Assembly (NCBI GenBank): GCA_963674825.1
Contig: OY771587.1
Location: forward strand, 2,752,001 to 2,816,000
Origin: Candidatus Cloacimonadales bacterium
GTDB lineage: Bacteria > Cloacimonadota > Cloacimonadia > Cloacimonadales > JAIOQZ01
Direction: 5' to 3'
Length of the DNA stretch: 64,000 bases
Shown here one piece after another: positions 10,610 through 20,709 of the stretch. The position numbers were made by a program, and so were the translations under genes. The first letter of the stretch is position 1. Each line of letters begins with the position of its first letter. Below the pieces are notes generated by a model that did not search any database, was not told the origin of the DNA, and worked only from the letters and a program-made list of their open reading frames with translations.

Positions 10610-13600
10610 TTATTTCAGCAACAATATCTTCCGCGTGTTATCGACTTTCCCCGTCTGCATCCTGACGAAGTAAATTCCGCTCGAGACCTGCTTCCCAACC
10701 TGATTCGTGCCTTTCCATGTCACCTGATAAGAGCCTGCTTCAAGGCGATCGTCCAGGATCCTCGTCACCCGTTGTCCGCGAATGTTGTAGATGTCGATGG
10801 TCACATTGCGATCCGCACTTAATGAGAAGCGGATGTTGGTCTCAGGATTGAACGGATTCGGGAAATTGCCGATCAGGCGATCCGATGCGATTGGCGCTTC
10901 TGCGGTGTTGTCACCACCTATCGCAGTGACGTGATCGCCAGCTCCGAAGGCCGGTACGGCAGTATATGTGAGGTTGTTACCACCGCCATCCATTGCCTGA
11001 ATGCTCAGGTCGATCAGGCAGGAATCGCTGGTGACGAATTCGCTGATATCAGCTGAAAATGCCTTGCCACTCACAAAGTAATCCACATTATCAATCTCAC
11101 CGACTACCCCGAACGGCACTTCCTGCCATTCTTCTTCGCCGTTGATTCGAAGCGCGAGTAAGATGTCTTCGTTGTCGATCGGATCGTAGTAATACCCGTT
11201 CTCGCTGTATTCACCATCGGTAAGGCAAAATCGGAGGAACGTCGTTTCTCCGGGATTGATCTCACCCAGCGGGACGCCGTCTTCATCGGTGAAGAACAGC
11301 CGGTTTAGCATGGGTGGACATTTACGTTGCTGAGCTGTGTTGAAGTGGTAAAGAACCTTTGTATTGCCCTGGATGTCGTCGAAAGAGTAGTCGTCAAAAT
11401 TCATCTCCAGTTCGTATCCTCCGGCTGCTGGCAAGTAAACCTCGTCAGTGCCCAGCATACCATTGAATACTTCACTACCGTTCTGGTTGCGCAGAACAAA
11501 GGGCAGGCGACTCTCGCTGTAGAAATAGTTGCTGCCTACACCGTCGCTGATCGTGTGATTAACTTCGATACCCGATGCCGTGATGTAGCACGGGACATTG
11601 ACCAGGAAGGGATAGTGGCCGACATACATGGTTTCGCCGATAGGGTATCCGGGTTCGAGTTCCGAGGGAAAACCATTGCGGGAGAAAGCAATCTGGTTGT
11701 TCTGAAGGCGTAAAGGCGGAGGGGTGCCCGCGATAAATTCTTCATCGTCAATCCACCTCTGGTAAAAACTCAGAGAGCTGCCGCGAGGACCGGAATAATC
11801 TCCCTGCATCAAGATGTGGCTGCCCCAGATGCCTTGTTTATCGAAGTACACATCCGGGAATGTCATCCCCATCATGAATCCACCTCCGATCGATGACCAC
11901 ACCAGGGGCATCGGATTGATCTGGAAGTGGTCCCATCCAAAAAAGGACATCACGAGATTGGCTTCACGGAAGCCATTCGGATCGTTCTGGATTGTCATGT
12001 CGCTATCGATACCGTAGAACGTGTCGAACATCATAACGTGGAAGTTCTTCTGCGCATCCCAGTGGGAGAATCCGATGTTGAATTCTGTTTCCGGAGGGAA
12101 ATAATCCGCCTGGAACTCGTGGATATTGAAGTTCATGAATGAGTACGAACGTCTGGCGCTTGGGAAGTAGATGTTCAGATAATAGAAATGCTCACCATAA
12201 CTATCGATCAGGTCGCCCGATTCAGTGTAGCCGTTAACGTTGATCGTGTTGAAATCGTGTTCACCGCTGACGTCGAGCAGAAAACTCCCCGCGTCGATAT
12301 GAAGATCGTCAACGCACACAAACTGAGAGACCTCTCCTGTATTGCGCGAGAAGAAAACGTATTCGTCGCCAGCAATGACGTCGAGCTGATAGAGGTAGGG
12401 GCTTAGCTCGACCGCGTCGCTTTTACGATAGGAATTTCGTTCGTTGAAAAGGTAGAAACTCGCGCTTGATGAATAATGCAGGATTTGAACACCGGTTACT
12501 TTAGTGATCGTCCAGGGGATTCTCCAGTCTCGATTGGAAGCGCTGATCGTTATCCAATCGGTGAAGACATCCAGATCGTCGATGGTCATCTCCTGATTGT
12601 TCACTTCGAGTTGAACGACGATTTCAGTAGATTCTCCCGGTAAAAGTATGGTGCTCTGCGGTGCAAAGTTCATCCCCAGCGCTGGGATCGGTGATTCCGC
12701 TGAAAAATTCAAAGCGATGGATTCGCCTGAGACGTTGCTGACATGCAGCGTGTCGATGAAGCTTACATTGACGACGTTATCCCCGACAACAGCGGTTGTG
12801 TCTGGAGCGAAATTCAGGATAGCCGGTTCGAACAGAACCTTGGGATCAACGGCGGCCATGGCATCGATTCGTCCACCACCTTGCTGCATGATGTCGCAGT
12901 CGATATCCACAGCGTTATTGACCATCGCAGAGCAGATCATTTCCGGTTGCCAGTCAGGGTGAATCTGCTTGATCAGAGCGCTGACACCCGACACATGCGG
13001 TGCTGCCATGGATGTACCGCTCATGGTGCGGGTTCCGCCTCCGGGGTAGGTCGATGTGATATTGAATCCCGGTGCACACAGCTCGGGTTTGACGGCATAG
13101 TTAATCAGGTTGGGGCCTTCGGAGCTGAAGGTTGTCAGTTCATCCCCGAGCGTTGTTGCTCCGACAGCGATAGCACCGGCGGCGCATGCGGGAGAGCCGA
13201 TCGACATGAAGTTAGCGTAGTTTCCTGCCGAGACGCAGAATGTGACGCCCAGCGCATTTGCGTTATCCAGTGCGGTACAAACTGCGTCGTTAGGATTTCC
13301 GCTGCTTGAGCCGAGACTGAGGTTGGCGATATCCACGTGGTCCGACGGATCGTTGTCGTCGTTGGGATCCACGCAGTACTCGATACCGGAAATTACGGTG
13401 ATGGAAGAACCCTGACCACTTGCGTTCAGCACACGAACTGCCAGTAGCGACGCATCTGGAGCGACGCCTCTTAAATTTTCGTCCTCAGCCGCGATAATTC
13501 CGGCAACGTGGGTGCCATGGCCGTTCTCGTCCATCGGGTCGCTGTCTTCATCGATAAAATCGTAGCCACCCACGACCTTGAAGTCAGGCCCGAACCCATC

Positions 13601-14155
13601 ACCAAGCGATGGGTGGGTATAATCGATACCGCTATCGAGAACTGCGACGAGGACGCCTTCGCCTGTCGCGCCATACTGCTGCCATACCTGATCTGCGCCA
13701 ATGTGCGGAACGCTCTCTGTGATATTGCCCTGGTAAATTAGGCTCCTGTGAAGTCTTTTTACATATGATAGTTGCTCGATTCTGTCCCGAACAGCCAGCG
13801 GAGCAATAATTTCGATACCGAAAAAGAGTTTGTAGCACTGCTTGCCCGTGAATGTGTCAGGCAAGTCACGATAGCGCGCTTTGAGGGGCTCAGTAATTGC
13901 AAGAAGGTCGCTCTGAAAGCGGCTGAACATCTCCTGATAGAAGTAAACGGATTGACGATCTTTGCTGACGAGGAGTGGTTGCTGGTCGAATTCGACGATG
14001 AATGTGTCGATTTCGGCTATGTCGTAGATGTCATATTCGAATCCGTCAACACTATCGGTTGCTTCGATTCTCTGGGTTCGGGTCAGTGGTTGATTGAGGC
14101 TGCTGAGGAAGGAAAACAGGGACAAGATCAGAATAATAGATGCAATTCGATTCAC
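10610..14155 (-). CDS. Secreted S8 subtilisin-like serine peptidase with C-terminal FlgD/T9SS-type sorting domain
   Basis: Signal peptide; triad VAVLDSG / NGHGTHVAG / GTSMAAPHV; C-terminus NFPNPFNPET...SSGIYF..RKILLLK; GGAGG before GTG start. Confidence 0.92.
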   Translation of the reverse strand: MNRIASIILILSLFSFLSSLNQPLTRTQRIEATDSVDGFEYDIYDIAEIDTFIVEFDQQPLLVSKDRQSVYFYQEMFSRFQSDLLAITEPLKARYRDLPDTFTGKQCYKLFFGIEIIAPLAVRDRIEQLSYVKRLHRSLIYQGNITESVPHIGADQVWQQYGATGEGVLVAVLDSGIDYTHPSLGDGFGPDFKVVGGYDFIDEDSDPMDENGHGTHVAGIIAAEDENLRGVAPDASLLAVRVLNASGQGSSITVISGIEYCVDPNDDNDPSDHVDIANLSLGSSSGNPNDAVCTALDNANALGVTFCVSAGNYANFMSIGSPACAAGAIAVGATTLGDELTTFSSEGPNLINYAVKPELCAPGFNITSTYPGGGTRTMSGTSMAAPHVSGVSALIKQIHPDWQPEMICSAMVNNAVDIDCDIMQQGGGRIDAMAAVDPKVLFEPAILNFAPDTTAVVGDNVVNVSFIDTLHVSNVSGESIALNFSAESPIPALGMNFAPQSTILLPGESTEIVVQLEVNNQEMTIDDLDVFTDWITISASNRDWRIPWTITKVTGVQILHYSSSASFYLFNERNSYRKSDAVELSPYLYQLDVIAGDEYVFFSRNTGEVSQFVCVDDLHIDAGSFLLDVSGEHDFNTINVNGYTESGDLIDSYGEHFYYLNIYFPSARRSYSFMNFNIHEFQADYFPPETEFNIGFSHWDAQKNFHVMMFDTFYGIDSDMTIQNDPNGFREANLVMSFFGWDHFQINPMPLVWSSIGGGFMMGMTFPDVYFDKQGIWGSHILMQGDYSGPRGSSLSFYQRWIDDEEFIAGTPPPLRLQNNQIAFSRNGFPSELEPGYPIGETMYVGHYPFLVNVPCYITASGIEVNHTISDGVGSNYFYSESRLPFVLRNQNGSEVFNGMLGTDEVYLPAAGGYELEMNFDDYSFDDIQGNTKVLYHFNTAQQRKCPPMLNRLFFTDEDGVPLGEINPGETTFLRFCLTDGEYSENGYYYDPIDNEDILLALRINGEEEWQEVPFGVVGEIDNVDYFVSGKAFSADISEFVTSDSCLIDLSIQAMDGGGNNLTYTAVPAFGAGDHVTAIGGDNTAEAPIASDRLIGNFPNPFNPETNIRFSLSADRNVTIDIYNIRGQRVTRILDDRLEAGSYQVTWKGTNQVGKQVSSGIYFVRMQTGKVDNTRKILLLK

Positions 14156-14178
14156 AGGATCCTCCAGGTTGCGAAGGG

Positions 14179-14616
14179 TTATTCAAGGATTTCCACCAGA
14201 TATTTTTTAACGCCGGCAGCGATGAGTCCGATCTCTTTTGCGGCTGCATAGGAAAGGTCGAGGTCTCTGCCTTTTACGTGCGGACCTCTATCATTTACGC
14301 GCACCGTGACCGTTTTCCCTGTTTCTTCGTCCGTTACGCGGAGTCTGGTTCCGAAGGGAAGTGAAAGGTGCGCACAGGTCATATCGTACATGTCGAATGT
14401 TTCTCCACTCGCAGTCATTCTGCCGTGAAATTCCGAGGAATAGTACGAACATACCATATACATCTTCTTTCCGGGAGTAGCCTCGAGTTTCTTTTCGGGG
14501 GTGAGTAGCTTCACCTTTTTACGGGTGACGAACTTCGGGTTCGCAGCACAACCGGTCATGACCGCGAGCAGTACGATTGCCAATATAATATAGATTCTAT
14601 TCGTCGATATCGTCAT
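14179..14616 (-). CDS. rlpA: RlpA-family septal ring lytic transglycosylase (lipoprotein)
   Basis: Lipobox VMTGC; FHGRMTASGE, AHLSLPFGT, VRVNDRGP, DLSYAAA; no SPOR domain. Confidence 0.88.
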   Translation of the reverse strand: MTISTNRIYIILAIVLLAVMTGCAANPKFVTRKKVKLLTPEKKLEATPGKKMYMVCSYYSSEFHGRMTASGETFDMYDMTCAHLSLPFGTRLRVTDEETGKTVTVRVNDRGPHVKGRDLDLSYAAAKEIGLIAAGVKKYLVEILE

Positions 14617-15310
14617 GGAACACCAGCATCTGTTCGAAATCTGTGTAGTCTTTGAATGTCATGGAAGTCGCGAGTTTGAACCGGTCGAGGATTCCAACCA
14701 TGCGTTGTGTAGCAGCTTCGATCTTTTTCAGATAATGCTCCGTTTTCTTGTCGTCTTCGCGGCAATTCTGTTCCAGGTGCAGGCGGAACAGCTCCAGGTT
14801 ACCCTTCACGATCATTAGCGGCTGATTCATCTCATGATTGGCCGTTACCGCCATCGCAAGCGCGGTATTCTTTTTCTCCATCATCATGTTGCGGTCATGT
14901 AGCTCTTTGAGCCGGAGGTAGGAGCGAACCCGCATCTTGACGACGTAGTCTTCAACAGGTTTCGACAAAATGTCGTCCGCGCCGGCGTTGAGCATCCGCT
15001 CGCGCTCATCGTCGTTGCTGCGGTCGATCGCGGTGATGAAAATCACGGGGACGAAACCCTCGCGTGCCTTGATTTCACGACAGGCAATATAGCCGTTCAT
15101 GATCGGCATCCGGACATCCATCAGAACAATATCGGGCTGGAAAGTCTCGAACTTCCTGACGCCTTCCTGTCCGTTGGCTGCGGTTTCGATCTCGTATTTC
15201 TCTTCTTCTTCCAGGATCGCTTGCATGTATTGCCGATTTATCTTGTCGTTCTCTACGATGAGGATCTTATTCGGGACGACGTGATAATCCTCGTAAAGTT
15301 TGATATGCAC
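14597..15310 (-). CDS. Response regulator: receiver domain plus His-kinase dimerisation/phospho-acceptor helix, no ATPase domain
   Basis: ILIVEND, DIVLMDVRMP.MNG, FITA, GADDILSKP; then ANHEMNQPL H-box; GAGGA before GTG start. Confidence 0.85.
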   Translation of the reverse strand: MHIKLYEDYHVVPNKILIVENDKINRQYMQAILEEEEKYEIETAANGQEGVRKFETFQPDIVLMDVRMPIMNGYIACREIKAREGFVPVIFITAIDRSNDDERERMLNAGADDILSKPVEDYVVKMRVRSYLRLKELHDRNMMMEKKNTALAMAVTANHEMNQPLMIVKGNLELFRLHLEQNCREDDKKTEHYLKKIEAATQRMVGILDRFKLATSMTFKDYTDFEQMLVFHDDIDE

Positions 15311-15331
15311 TTTATCCTCGCATGTTGGCGG

Positions 15332-17506
15332 TTAGTAATGTTGTTCCAGTCCCGATTCCATGATTCGCTGACACATCAGCGCAGCGCTGATCATGGAAAA
15401 TCGTTTTGCATGACGATCCACATTTACATAGCATACTATCGGCAATGTCCACTCCAGTACTGCAAGCAAATAGGGTACCATATTTGTTTCAAAAATTGTT
15501 ACCTGATTCGCATAGGAGCGCATCAACCGGATAGTCTCCCAGGCCTTACGCAACCCCGGATCGTCATCGTCGTTGCGGTAAGGTATTACGTCGCCGAGAT
15601 TTCTCTGCTTCCAAAGCTCTTCTTCGAACTTAACCAATCGAACCAGATCATTGTCTGATTCAAACCTTGTAAACTCGGTTTTCACGATCGGTTCGAGCCT
15701 CGCGAAATCGGCAACGGCGTTACGGATACGTGTCTCTGAAAAATCGATGATGTAAATATTCTGCTTTTCATCAAGCAAGATGTTCTGCATGTTCAAGTCG
15801 CCGTGAATTGGGCAGGTGTACCACTGCATCTTTGCATGATGATCGTAATGGTTCGCGAGGAACCAGTAAGGATTGACGAGTGTGCGATCCAGCTCGGGGA
15901 TGAATATCTCCTGTTGCGTCGAATCAATGCCGAGCACTTCTTCGGCAGTCGGGATCAGATTTTTGAAGAGGTTCCTCGGGTCGTGATCACGGTAGAGGTG
16001 AACCTCTTCCCAGCGTGGCTGGCCATACCAGGGTTTCAGGATCTTGGTGAATACGCGGTTGAGGATCGGGAGGCTGTTCTCCGGGTTCTCGCGCCGATAA
16101 ATATCTGTGAACATGGTCAGCTGGCTTTCGGGGCCGTTGATCCCGAGGAAGTTGTAGCGCAGCCCGGCCCAATGTTCCTCGTAGTGATCACCCATGATGG
16201 TTGTGCTGTTGTTGTGGATGAATGGTTTCACGAATCGCGTGCAACCCTGGACTTCGGAACGGGTCACCTCGGGTGATCCCAGCTTAAGTACGGATGGCAA
16301 TAGCTTGCGTTTTTGCTTATCGTAGCCCGTTACTCGATAGGTCTTTGAAGTGAAACCGCCGGTAAGGCGTTTGAGGACGACCCGGCTACAATCCCGATAG
16401 ATTCGGCGGATGATCACATCGTTGCGCGGATCGGCGTCGTCTTGAGAATCATATTCTATCGAAAGCCTCTTTTCGCAGGCATCTCGAGTTTTCTCTGGCA
16501 GGAAGACCCATACGTGAACGTTCCTGACCTTGGTGGATAGAGGCAACTCGGTCATCTCAAGAACATTGTCCAGCGTCATGTTCCGCTTGACGGATATCTT
16601 GATATCCTCAGCGGATTCGAGCCTTGTTTCGCGAAGTTGTACGCCGTATTTCGGGGGAAGCTGCTTCATCTCGTGGAGTTTATTGAAAAGCTCGTCACCT
16701 TCAGGAGAAAGAAATCCCAAGATAAACGTATTGTCGAGGAATCCAGCATATGCAAGTGTATCTGCATGATCGGTGATTACGCGGATATCTTTGAGCAGCT
16801 TCAATAAAGTCGTAGTGTCATTGGATGTAAGAAGCAGGTCGGGATTGCCGCTGATTTCAGTCGCACCGGAAAGCCAAACCTCGCTTTTTTGCGGATCGTT
16901 TGTCACCAGGAAATCGGATGGAAGATCCTGAGGCTTCACGCTGAACATGCCTGGGGCAACGATAAAAGGTCCCGCGTTGAGCTGTGCCTGCTGGAAGCTG
17001 TTACCCATCGCTCCGTTACCAAGTGCGAACACGATCTCATCCAGCGTGATCTTTTCCAGTCCACCTGATTCTGGGCCATTCCATATGTCAATGAACGATC
17101 GTGCTCCGTTGAAGCGTTGAACCGTGTAGCTATGTTCATCAATCGAGATGGTTTCTTCTTTGCCGCAGGACTTACACAGCGCATCCAGTGCCTCGTCTGC
17201 ACTGACGAAGATCGAGAAGCGATTTGCGAGTCCTGAAATCTCCAGCACCTTCATGCAGGATTCATCGACACCGCATAGCGATATACTACCTTCGTTAGTC
17301 TGGAGTGCTCGTTGAACAGTAAGAAGCGACCGGATACCGGCACTTGAGAGGAATTTCACCTGGGTGAAATCGAGAAGTAAACTGTTGTTCACCGTAGTTA
17401 ACGGCATGATTTCGTCATCGAAAATTCCTGCGCCCAAGCCATCGAATCTACCGATAAGATTTACCACCAGTGTCTCACCGATGCGTTGAATCGAAATATT
17501 CAGCAT
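15332..17506 (-). CDS. STAS (anti-anti-sigma) domain fused to an APH/kinase-like phosphotransferase domain
   Basis: N-terminal GRFD, LDFTQVKFLSSAGIRSL, VLEISGL (STAS); C-terminal LTGGFTS, VLK, HGDLNMQNIL, IIDF (kinase-like fold motifs). Confidence 0.8.
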   Translation of the reverse strand: MLNISIQRIGETLVVNLIGRFDGLGAGIFDDEIMPLTTVNNSLLLDFTQVKFLSSAGIRSLLTVQRALQTNEGSISLCGVDESCMKVLEISGLANRFSIFVSADEALDALCKSCGKEETISIDEHSYTVQRFNGARSFIDIWNGPESGGLEKITLDEIVFALGNGAMGNSFQQAQLNAGPFIVAPGMFSVKPQDLPSDFLVTNDPQKSEVWLSGATEISGNPDLLLTSNDTTTLLKLLKDIRVITDHADTLAYAGFLDNTFILGFLSPEGDELFNKLHEMKQLPPKYGVQLRETRLESAEDIKISVKRNMTLDNVLEMTELPLSTKVRNVHVWVFLPEKTRDACEKRLSIEYDSQDDADPRNDVIIRRIYRDCSRVVLKRLTGGFTSKTYRVTGYDKQKRKLLPSVLKLGSPEVTRSEVQGCTRFVKPFIHNNSTTIMGDHYEEHWAGLRYNFLGINGPESQLTMFTDIYRRENPENSLPILNRVFTKILKPWYGQPRWEEVHLYRDHDPRNLFKNLIPTAEEVLGIDSTQQEIFIPELDRTLVNPYWFLANHYDHHAKMQWYTCPIHGDLNMQNILLDEKQNIYIIDFSETRIRNAVADFARLEPIVKTEFTRFESDNDLVRLVKFEEELWKQRNLGDVIPYRNDDDDPGLRKAWETIRLMRSYANQVTIFETNMVPYLLAVLEWTLPIVCYVNVDRHAKRFSMISAALMCQRIMESGLEQHY

Positions 17507-17616
17507 ATTTGCGTACCTCTTTATCCTATTAAGAATATATTCCTGCTTCTATGTATTGACAACGTTGGAACGGTTTCAGCATTGTTGCCCCGAAAAATTA
17601 TTATAGAGGTAGCACG

Positions 17617-18003
17617 ATGAATCTGTACGTCAAGCGATTTTTACTGTTGGTGTTAGGGCTGATTACGATATGGGATGCGTTCACGTCATTTTGGGCGATC
17701 CATATAATGCTCGACGGTAACGGAGGATATGCGCTCGGAGCTCTTGTAGCACTTGTTGCAACCATTCTCATGCTACGAACGAGCATTACGGTTTTCGCCG
17801 GAATGGAAGACGTTCAGGGCTGCATGATGCTCCTTCTTTGGGCGGCTGCATTCCTCTTCGATATGTATTCTGCCTATGTCGTGAACGAGGCATTTCTAAT
17901 TAGACCAGCAGGGGATATTTCGCTCATTATCGCGCTTGCGGTGCTTACGATTCTTACGACTGGAGCACCGGCAGCCTATTCGTTCATTAAGAACGCGATC
18001 TGA
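17617..18003 (+). CDS. Small integral membrane protein (4 predicted TM), unknown function
   Basis: Four hydrophobic segments; GAGG RBS; TTGACA at 17556. Confidence 0.7.
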   Translation: MNLYVKRFLLLVLGLITIWDAFTSFWAIHIMLDGNGGYALGALVALVATILMLRTSITVFAGMEDVQGCMMLLLWAAAFLFDMYSAYVVNEAFLIRPAGDISLIIALAVLTILTTGAPAAYSFIKNAI

Positions 18004-19033
18004 TATTCTTTGTAAGAAACGCTACTTTGTCCAGTAACTGGTCGAAGCTGTCGATCACTGCGTCAGCGCCTTCCATTTCATCGGGTAAACCGAATCCGTA
18101 CGCGCATCCTACTGTGAAGCATCCGCACTCTTTACCCGCGTCGATATCAACATATCTGTCACCAACCATCACCGTGTTCGCGGGATGATAACGCTCCTGC
18201 ATTTCACGGATCATGTGGGCTTTGGTCTGGCCTGGGCGTTCCCCAAGGCACAGCACCGACTGGAAGAATCTGCTGAGCTGGAATTTTTCCACGACTGGAT
18301 AGAAGTAATCGTATGGGCTGCTGCTGGCGAGCACCAGCATAGCGCCCAAGTTGATCAATTTGTACAGGGTTGTTTCCACGGTAGGGAAGAATTCGCCCTC
18401 GCCATCTATAAGTCGCTGCCGTATATTCTGCCGGACCATGGTTCGCAGCTCATCACAGCGATGGTGGGATGATTCCGGAAGAAATTGCTGATAGATCGAG
18501 CCCTTTCCCAAGCCGAGTTGAGGAATCAGGTCTTCGTAGGTTGGGATGGTTCGGTCGATGCCTTCCTCACGGTAGATGATCTCGAAACCGCGCTTCATCG
18601 CAGCATACGTAAATCCATCTGAGCGCACGATCGTGCCATCCATATCGAATACGATCAGCAAATCGACATGATCTTCGTGGTTGCCACGCGTAAGGTACGA
18701 CTCGGCAATCGCAATCTCCTGTCTCGGTTGATCGACGCTCAGCTTGCGAATCATTTTCGATCGGATATAGTCTTCGATACCGCTTTCGTCGATGTGATCG
18801 ATGATCTCGGGAACATCGGCGTTACTGGAGACTACGGCAATTGCTACCAACGGCAGCCTCAGCCTGGCCAGCAGGAAGAAGAGCTTGTGCTCGTAAAATC
18901 TTCCCGGACTGAGCAGGATGATGCTGCCGGTCGTCAGGTAATCCTCTATCGTCTTGCGCGATTCGCAACGGACTACGCTCCAAGGCTGTTCGGGTGGCGT
19001 ATAATCGACATCCCAGGTCAGAATCTGTGCCAT
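17987..19033 (-). CDS. HAD-family hydrolase with ~120-aa N-terminal extension
   Basis: FDMDGTIVRS (motif I), ASS (II), K (III), MVGDRYVDIDAG (IV). Confidence 0.88.
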   Translation of the reverse strand: MAQILTWDVDYTPPEQPWSVVRCESRKTIEDYLTTGSIILLSPGRFYEHKLFFLLARLRLPLVAIAVVSSNADVPEIIDHIDESGIEDYIRSKMIRKLSVDQPRQEIAIAESYLTRGNHEDHVDLLIVFDMDGTIVRSDGFTYAAMKRGFEIIYREEGIDRTIPTYEDLIPQLGLGKGSIYQQFLPESSHHRCDELRTMVRQNIRQRLIDGEGEFFPTVETTLYKLINLGAMLVLASSSPYDYFYPVVEKFQLSRFFQSVLCLGERPGQTKAHMIREMQERYHPANTVMVGDRYVDIDAGKECGCFTVGCAYGFGLPDEMEGADAVIDSFDQLLDKVAFLTKNIRSRS

Positions 19034-19034
19034 A

Positions 19035-20696
19035 TCAATATTTGAAAACGCTTCCGAAGGTGAATTCCCGCAAAATAGAATTCGTGGGAACCTGATTGTC
19101 AGGAATATCCGCGAAGTGTTCCAGGATTCTCAGGAGGCGTCGCGATTCCAGATACATGGGTGAGTATTGGCTAACCCGTTTCAACTGCGGAATGGCGTGT
19201 TTCTTCAAGACGCCGAGTTCATAGGTCAATGAGCTATTGAACATCACATCGGCATTTTCCTGGAATGGGAAGATGTTCTGTTCTTCTCCTTCACGGATGC
19301 TCTGCCACCGTTTGAGTGTGTCCTCGGCGGTATAGCCGCGATACTTACTGTCGCGCGTGATGCGCCGGATTTTACGGCAATCGGTGGTAGGTATACGGTT
19401 ATGTTTATCTATGTTGAGCTGATTGAGCGCGCTGATATAGATCTTGAATTTGTGGCGTGCCTCAATGTGTGGCGTGAGTTGATCGTTGAGGCCGTGAATT
19501 CCTTCGAGCAGGAGCAGGTCATTTGTACCCAACTTGATCTTGTGGTGACTGGAAACACGGTCGCCGGTCTGGAAGTCGTACTTGGGCAGTTCGACTTCCT
19601 GGCCGTCCAGCAGTTTCTTCAAATGTTCGTTCAATAGCTCGATGTCAATAGCGTGTACGGTTTCGAAATCGTATTCACCATTCTCTTTACGAGGTGTCTG
19701 GTTTCTCGGCAGGAAATAATCGTCCATACCGATAACGATCGGGTTGAGTCCAACAACGCGAAGCTGGACGGAAAGCCTTTTGGCAAAGGTTGTTTTGCCT
19801 GATGACGATGGCCCTGCGATGAGCACGATGCGCGCTTCCGGCTTGCTCTTGATCATGTCCGTAAGGCGCACGATTTTGCGTTCGTGCAAAGCTTCTTCGA
19901 TCTGAATTACATCGGTGATGGTATATTTGTGTACATATTTATTCAAATCGTAAACGTTGTGCATGCGTAGAATGTTGAGCCACTTGTCGTGCTCCTGATG
20001 TGCGGCGTAGAGCTGTTCGGGTATGTGCAGATCGGTCGTTATTTCTGTTTGGCCGGCCTTGGGAAGGCGCAGGACGAGCCCCGGTTTGTAGTAAACGACG
20101 TCGAACGTGTGGATGAGCCCAGTGCTGTACGCGAGCTGCCTTATATAGTAGTCGTGATACGCTCCGCATCGAAAAATGGTGATGTCGTTTTTGGTCCACG
20201 TTTTGAGATTCTCCACAACATCCTTGCGGCCCATTTTTGTAAAGAGTTCCAAAGCTTTCACGAGATCGAAGGTGGTTTTCTCGATCTTCAAATCACCCTT
20301 CACGATGCGCTGCATCTCTTTTTTGAGCGCTTTGGCGTCGTCTTCGGTGAGGGTATAATCACCGAATACCTCGCAGTAGATACCGTCGGAGATGGAGTGT
20401 TCGACAACCAACTCGGCTTTGCCCCCGTGCAGGTTGTTGAAAGCTTTCATCATGATGAAGATGGCGGTATCCTGGTATAGGCGCATACCTTCCAGCGAAT
20501 CGTAGGTGATACAGTCGATCTCGACATTCTGATCGATCACATAGTCGAGGTTGACATGTGAATTATTTACCCGATACGTGAGAACGTACTTATCTTTCAG
20601 GGCACAGTTCTCAACAACATCTTTGATGGCCACGGGATGGTCGGTCTCGATGTTGGTGCAAAACTCGCCGTTTACTTTTATACGGATTTTTGGCAA
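19035..20696 (-). CDS. Nucleoside/uridine kinase with ThrRS-like N-terminal region
   Basis: IAGPSSSGKTT P-loop, MDDYF, LEGIHGLN, IFPFQENAD, SILREF; GGAGG plus TTG start. Confidence 0.92.
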   Translation of the reverse strand: MPKIRIKVNGEFCTNIETDHPVAIKDVVENCALKDKYVLTYRVNNSHVNLDYVIDQNVEIDCITYDSLEGMRLYQDTAIFIMMKAFNNLHGGKAELVVEHSISDGIYCEVFGDYTLTEDDAKALKKEMQRIVKGDLKIEKTTFDLVKALELFTKMGRKDVVENLKTWTKNDITIFRCGAYHDYYIRQLAYSTGLIHTFDVVYYKPGLVLRLPKAGQTEITTDLHIPEQLYAAHQEHDKWLNILRMHNVYDLNKYVHKYTITDVIQIEEALHERKIVRLTDMIKSKPEARIVLIAGPSSSGKTTFAKRLSVQLRVVGLNPIVIGMDDYFLPRNQTPRKENGEYDFETVHAIDIELLNEHLKKLLDGQEVELPKYDFQTGDRVSSHHKIKLGTNDLLLLEGIHGLNDQLTPHIEARHKFKIYISALNQLNIDKHNRIPTTDCRKIRRITRDSKYRGYTAEDTLKRWQSIREGEEQNIFPFQENADVMFNSSLTYELGVLKKHAIPQLKRVSQYSPMYLESRRLLRILEHFADIPDNQVPTNSILREFTFGSVFKY

Positions 20697-20709
20697 GATT
20701 CCTCCAGGT

